Positions 23,369-26,701 of a DNA stretch of 26,701 nucleotides are shown here, piece by piece. The stretch is from a virus. Its lineage: Duplodnaviria; Caudoviricetes. The DNA is taken from the IMG/VR virus record IMGVR_UViG_3300046777_000875, positions 1 through 26,701 of that record; one strand, 5' to 3'. The stretch's first letter is position 1. Every line of letters begins with the position of its first letter. The notes under the pieces are model-generated. The model did not search any database and was not told where the DNA came from. It was given only the letters and a program-made list of their open reading frames with translations. A program made the position numbers and the translations under genes.

Positions 23369-24039
23369 CTGTAGTGTCCTTTTCCATTGTGTTCACAGTC
23401 TTTTACTGGGCAAAACTTTCTGCAAGTGAAGTTTGGTTTTGCGTTCCACACACCATTTTCATGTGCCGCAGCTAACTTATCTGTTTGTTGAATCCACTGT
23501 AGCCATTTCTCAGGGGCATCATGTTTTATGTAGTGGGCTTTTACAAACTCTTCGCAAACTAAAAAAGCAAGTCCCGCCTTAACCCGCTCAACCAATGGGA
23601 AGTGTTTAAATACAGCAAGTGCCATTAGTTCTAGTTGTTTGGTATCGGCGTATTGCGCAGACTTACCTGTTTTGTAATCAACAATGTGAGCCAAATCATC
23701 TTGAACAATAAGTAGGTCGGCTACACCTCTGAACCAAACGTTCTTGTCAAAGAACCCACATGGCTCTAAATCTTCGGTCAAACCCATCTTATGTTCACAT
23801 AACTTTTTTCCCGGGATTTCTTTAAGTACATCCAATACTGGAGCAATAAATGCAAACTTCTCTGGTACCGGTGTGTCACTTTTGATGTAATTTTCAGCGG
23901 CTTCATGCACCATCTTGCCGTAGGTTAAGTGCTCAGTCTCAGGCTCGACCACATCCTTAGCGACCCGCAAGTGATAATACTTTTTGGGGCACTGGTCAAA
24001 CAAACCAATGGACGAGTAAGACCAAGTAAAGTTAGGCAC
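23365..24039 (-). CDS. PD-(D/E)XK exonuclease, Cas4/RecB-like with Fe-S cysteines
   Basis: 224 aa. WSYSS..CPKKY, RGVADL, IVDYKTGK, QLELMA and C-terminal CRKFCPVKDC (1+3 Cys arrangement). Confidence 0.88.
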   Translation of the reverse strand: MPNFTWSYSSIGLFDQCPKKYYHLRVAKDVVEPETEHLTYGKMVHEAAENYIKSDTPVPEKFAFIAPVLDVLKEIPGKKLCEHKMGLTEDLEPCGFFDKNVWFRGVADLLIVQDDLAHIVDYKTGKSAQYADTKQLELMALAVFKHFPLVERVKAGLAFLVCEEFVKAHYIKHDAPEKWLQWIQQTDKLAAAHENGVWNAKPNFTCRKFCPVKDCEHNGKGHYR

Positions 24040-24232
24040 GTTTACCTACCGAATCAATTAAATACTTAGCTAGTTTGACACGAACTTCGTCAATGTCTTC
24101 CCAAAGATAACCTGTTTTAGTGAAATGTATGGGCTCAATTTTTAGCTTTTCGATAATGAACTTACTTGATATTGTGACGCCAAGTATTTTGCTTATTTCA
24201 CCAGTGTTTAATAAATAAGATAAGTCTTTCAT
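24032..24232 (-). CDS. Small putative DNA-binding protein (winged-HTH/excisionase-like), 66 aa
   Basis: Start re-assigned to ATG 24232 (GGAGG at 24241-24237, ATGA overlap). LLNTGEISKILGVTIS resembles the MerR/Xis-type helix start. Confidence 0.5.
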   Translation of the reverse strand: MKDLSYLLNTGEISKILGVTISSKFIIEKLKIEPIHFTKTGYLWEDIDEVRVKLAKYLIDSVGKRA

Positions 24233-24411
24233 GCGTCCTCCACAGGTATCCAAGTTTTGACTGCACCACTCATTAACTTGATCTCGGCTTGGGCATTCAT
24301 GCAATGGTCGTATGCTCTTTGAAAATCACTGGCAACTAGCGCATCATGTGCCGCCTTAACTTCTTTAACTGCATGCAAATAAAAATCTGCGTATTCCACT
24401 TTGTTCTCCAT
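24229..24411 (-). CDS. Hypothetical helical protein (60 aa)
   Basis: Start re-assigned to ATG 24411, a TAATG overlap with the polymerase stop. MENKVEYADFYLHAVKEVKAAHDAL... Confidence 0.65.
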   Translation of the reverse strand: MENKVEYADFYLHAVKEVKAAHDALVASDFQRAYDHCMNAQAEIKLMSGAVKTWIPVEDA

Positions 24412-26243
24412 TAAACGTTCCACTCTTCAATAGCTTTTTTCTTACCACAGTCGTCGTAATTAACGCCCATACCTAATTCGCAAGCAAGAGGCAAAGTAGT
24501 AGCCCAAGAAGGTCGCCAACGCATACATTCGTTTACGTATAGCAATGCTTCTTTTGCTTCTGACTCAGGTACTACGCACATCACGGCATCATGCACCGTT
24601 AACACCACTCTGTACCTTTTAGCAATCCGTAGCATTTGTTCACCGATAATGCAACGAGCAAGTGCTTGGCACAGGTTTTCTACTACTTTACCACCATAAA
24701 TCTTAATCCGTCCACGCCTACTTGCATACGAGTATTGCTCGTCTTGGTCTTTTTGTAGGTCGGCATAATTTAAGTAGAGCCCGCTAGGTAGTAAGAAACC
24801 TGACTCCGTAAGCGTAAGTGCTTGCGGCTGGCACCCAACTTGCGCAGTCTTTTTAACTCTGAGGGCATCAAGGGCACTATTAGCTTCCCGCCAAAGTTTT
24901 GGGATAAAGGGGTACGTAGATCTATAGATTTCAATAATCCTAGACGCCTCCGTATCTGCAATTTCCACCCCAAAAGTTTTGAGTTGCAACCCAAACTTGG
25001 TAGCACCCATGCCATACCCCGCACCGAGGATTGTCGTCTTACCCACGAACCGCTCTCCGCTCGAGATTTCTGCTTCCGCCTTTCCGTAGATAGACGATGC
25101 CATGATTTTGTATACATCTTCTTTATCCTCAAATGCTTGAACTAAATCATTTTGCCCACTAAGCCATGCCACTGTGCGTGCTTCAATTTGTGATGAGTCA
25201 GCATCAATTAAAACAAATCCCTGGGGTGCTGTGATTGCATTTTTGAGAAGTGACTTTCTTGGAAGATTTTGAAGGTTAAGCTTATCGTCACCACCCCAAC
25301 GCCCTGTATGGGCGGCATAATATCTAAGCGGTACTGGCATTCTGCCTCTTTTAGAGATCGCAATAAAACGCTCCGTTCGGGTTTCTTCAAGGGTAGACTT
25401 CGTGCCCAAGCGAGCAGCAACAATCGCCTGTACCCGCTCATCAGGATGCTCGGCAAGTTCCTTAAACCCTTCGTCGTTCTTTGCAAAAGCGTAGGTTTGT
25501 TTACCATTGGCAGGGCTTTCTTTCATGGGTGGTTCAACACCGAGGCTAATCAACAACTCAGCTAACTTGGGGTTACTCATTAGTGTGTCTTTGTCTGCTA
25601 CACAAGCATCCAATAACTTTTCTTTACGAGCTTTAACTTGCATTAAATGTTGCTCAAGCAAAGGAGTGTTCAAACAAAGCGCTGGCTCTGAGAACATTTT
25701 AATTGTCAAGCTTATTAACTTTAATTCTTTAGTATTGAAGCGTTCTACCAACACTTTAAATAACTCGTAAGTTAGCTTAACGTCGTTCTTACAATACTCA
25801 CCATACTGATCTAATTGGGTTTTGCTGAAGTCGGCTCTGCGTAGTCCTTTAGCATCAACAACTTCAGTGCCTTTTGTGCCAAGGTTGTACCTTTCAGCTA
25901 GCTTTGCCAAGCTATTTCCAGCGTCCATACCATCTGATGCACGTGCCATGGATAAAGTGTCAAACCAAGCTTTTGGTTTAATACCGAATATCCAAGTAAG
26001 AATAGCAGAATCAAACATAGCGTTATGAGCAAGAGCGAAACTATTACCCCAATCAAACCCATTAAGGAAATCAGATATTTCTCTATGAGTTCCAGTAAAC
26101 CAAACAGCTTCATCGTCATTCTCCTTAATGGCTACGCCTATCACCTCGAAGCGATCATCACGCACATACTCCTCAGTCGTCAACTTGGTCAACGAGAAGT
26201 CAACTGCGTAGTAAGTTTCAAAGTCTAGTGTGAGGATGTTCAT
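24411..26243 (-). CDS. polA: DNA polymerase family A with 3'-5' exonuclease (no 5'-3' exo domain), Leu762 type
   Basis: 610 aa. ExoI LDFETYY, ExoII AHNAMFD, ExoIII YCKNDV. TGRWGG..NLQNLP. Motif A DADSSQIEAR, motif B RFVGKTTILGAGYG, motif C TVHDAV. Confidence 0.95.
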   Translation of the reverse strand: MNILTLDFETYYAVDFSLTKLTTEEYVRDDRFEVIGVAIKENDDEAVWFTGTHREISDFLNGFDWGNSFALAHNAMFDSAILTWIFGIKPKAWFDTLSMARASDGMDAGNSLAKLAERYNLGTKGTEVVDAKGLRRADFSKTQLDQYGEYCKNDVKLTYELFKVLVERFNTKELKLISLTIKMFSEPALCLNTPLLEQHLMQVKARKEKLLDACVADKDTLMSNPKLAELLISLGVEPPMKESPANGKQTYAFAKNDEGFKELAEHPDERVQAIVAARLGTKSTLEETRTERFIAISKRGRMPVPLRYYAAHTGRWGGDDKLNLQNLPRKSLLKNAITAPQGFVLIDADSSQIEARTVAWLSGQNDLVQAFEDKEDVYKIMASSIYGKAEAEISSGERFVGKTTILGAGYGMGATKFGLQLKTFGVEIADTEASRIIEIYRSTYPFIPKLWREANSALDALRVKKTAQVGCQPQALTLTESGFLLPSGLYLNYADLQKDQDEQYSYASRRGRIKIYGGKVVENLCQALARCIIGEQMLRIAKRYRVVLTVHDAVMCVVPESEAKEALLYVNECMRWRPSWATTLPLACELGMGVNYDDCGKKKAIEEWNV

Positions 26244-26407
26244 CTGTTAAACCACCAAGTCCATCGTCTTTGTTTTGCAATCATTGCTACATATTCTTTT
26301 ACATACTGCTCAATCGTTAACCCTAACTTTTTGGCTAACTCATGCTCAACTTTTGTGACTTTAATGGGCATCAGTTCATTCTTACCCCTCTTTTTTCTAA
26401 CAATCAT
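26240..26407 (-). CDS. Small basic protein (55 aa)
   Basis: Manual translation MIVRKKRGKNELMPIKVTKVEHELAKKLGLTIEQYVKEYVAMIAKQRRWTWWFNR*. ATGA overlap with polA and TAATG overlap with the upstream ORF. Confidence 0.7.
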   Translation of the reverse strand: MIVRKKRGKNELMPIKVTKVEHELAKKLGLTIEQYVKEYVAMIAKQRRWTWWFNR

Positions 26408-26700
26408 TAGACCCGCCCTCTTATTGCTTTCAAATGCTCTTTCATGTGCTTGATCGTATCTGCGTCTAGCGTTTCAGAGCCTAGGGTCAATGTGTTGGTA
26501 GTTAGGTTGCCTGACGCACTTATGTGTGCCGTAGCCGTTCCCATTGCTGTATTTAGCGTTGTCGTATAAGGATTAAGTGCCCCGACAGTGGTATACCCAT
26601 ATTTAGGCTCTTTATAATTTATAAGCGTCTCGAGTATCTTGCCGTATGCTTGTTGGCGGCAAATCTGATCTCTAATCTTCCAGTATTTGCGTCGGATCAG
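26407..26700 (-). CDS. Hypothetical protein (5'-truncated)
   Basis: Open frame from the window edge: LIRRKYWKIRDQICRQQAYGKILETLINY...TIKHMKEHLKAIRGRV*. Stop TAA at 26409-26407 is coupled to the next ATG. Confidence 0.6.
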   Translation of the reverse strand: MIRRKYWKIRDQICRQQAYGKILETLINYKEPKYGYTTVGALNPYTTTLNTAMGTATAHISASGNLTTNTLTLGSETLDADTIKHMKEHLKAIRGRV

Positions 26701-26701
26701 G

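Noticed and set aside
22959-23429. 156-aa + strand ORF (and other antisense ORFs in both operons)
   Set aside because: Antisense to a chain of translationally coupled - strand genes, with no RBS and no recognisable motifs.
23365-24039. Cas4-like nuclease as evidence for a CRISPR-Cas system
   Set aside because: No repeat-spacer array or other cas genes were seen. Solo Cas4-like exonucleases are routine in phage replication modules.
26612-26624. AT-rich palindrome TTATA-N3-TATAA
   Set aside because: It lies within an open coding frame, is low complexity and has no associated promoter, so it is likely chance.
1-26701. tRNA/rRNA genes, integrase/att sites, reverse transcriptase or DGR repeats
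   Set aside because: None were recognised. Nearly all the sequence is accounted for by tightly packed CDS, and no long nucleotide repeats were noticed by eye.

Overview
This window is part of a dsDNA tailed-phage genome with a podovirus-like layout. It resembles uncultured aquatic Caudoviricetes, and the host is probably a Gram-negative bacterium (inference). Two convergent operons meet at about 15.1 kb. The + strand (1-15082) is the late/virion module: the 3' end of a GH24 lysozyme, two tail proteins, a GNAT-fold protein and three predicted ejected (internal virion) proteins. The last of these is a 2323-aa polyvalent protein carrying ADP-ribosyltransferase (ART-PolyVal-like), zincin HExxH and PLxRFG-like motifs. 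The - strand (26701-15164) is the early/replication module: family A DNA polymerase (Leu762 type), Cas4-like PD-(D/E)XK nuclease, small accessory ORFs, a GT-A glycosyltransferase, HNH, SNF2 helicase, a Gam-like coiled-coil protein, an SSB-like protein, a Cro-like HTH and a primase/DUF927 helicase. Two signals are not explained by this gene list. (1) A candidate ~70-nt sRNA lies in the convergence gap, with a promoter, 5' hairpin, single-stranded seed and terminator. Its seed is an exact 11-nt complement of the ribosome-binding site of the first gene of the replication sub-operon 4.6 kb away. (2) A 60-aa +1-frame gene with a perfect TAAGGAG Shine-Dalgarno is nested inside the polyvalent ejection gene, upstream of its ART domain. 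All family assignments come from reading motifs by eye; no searches were run.
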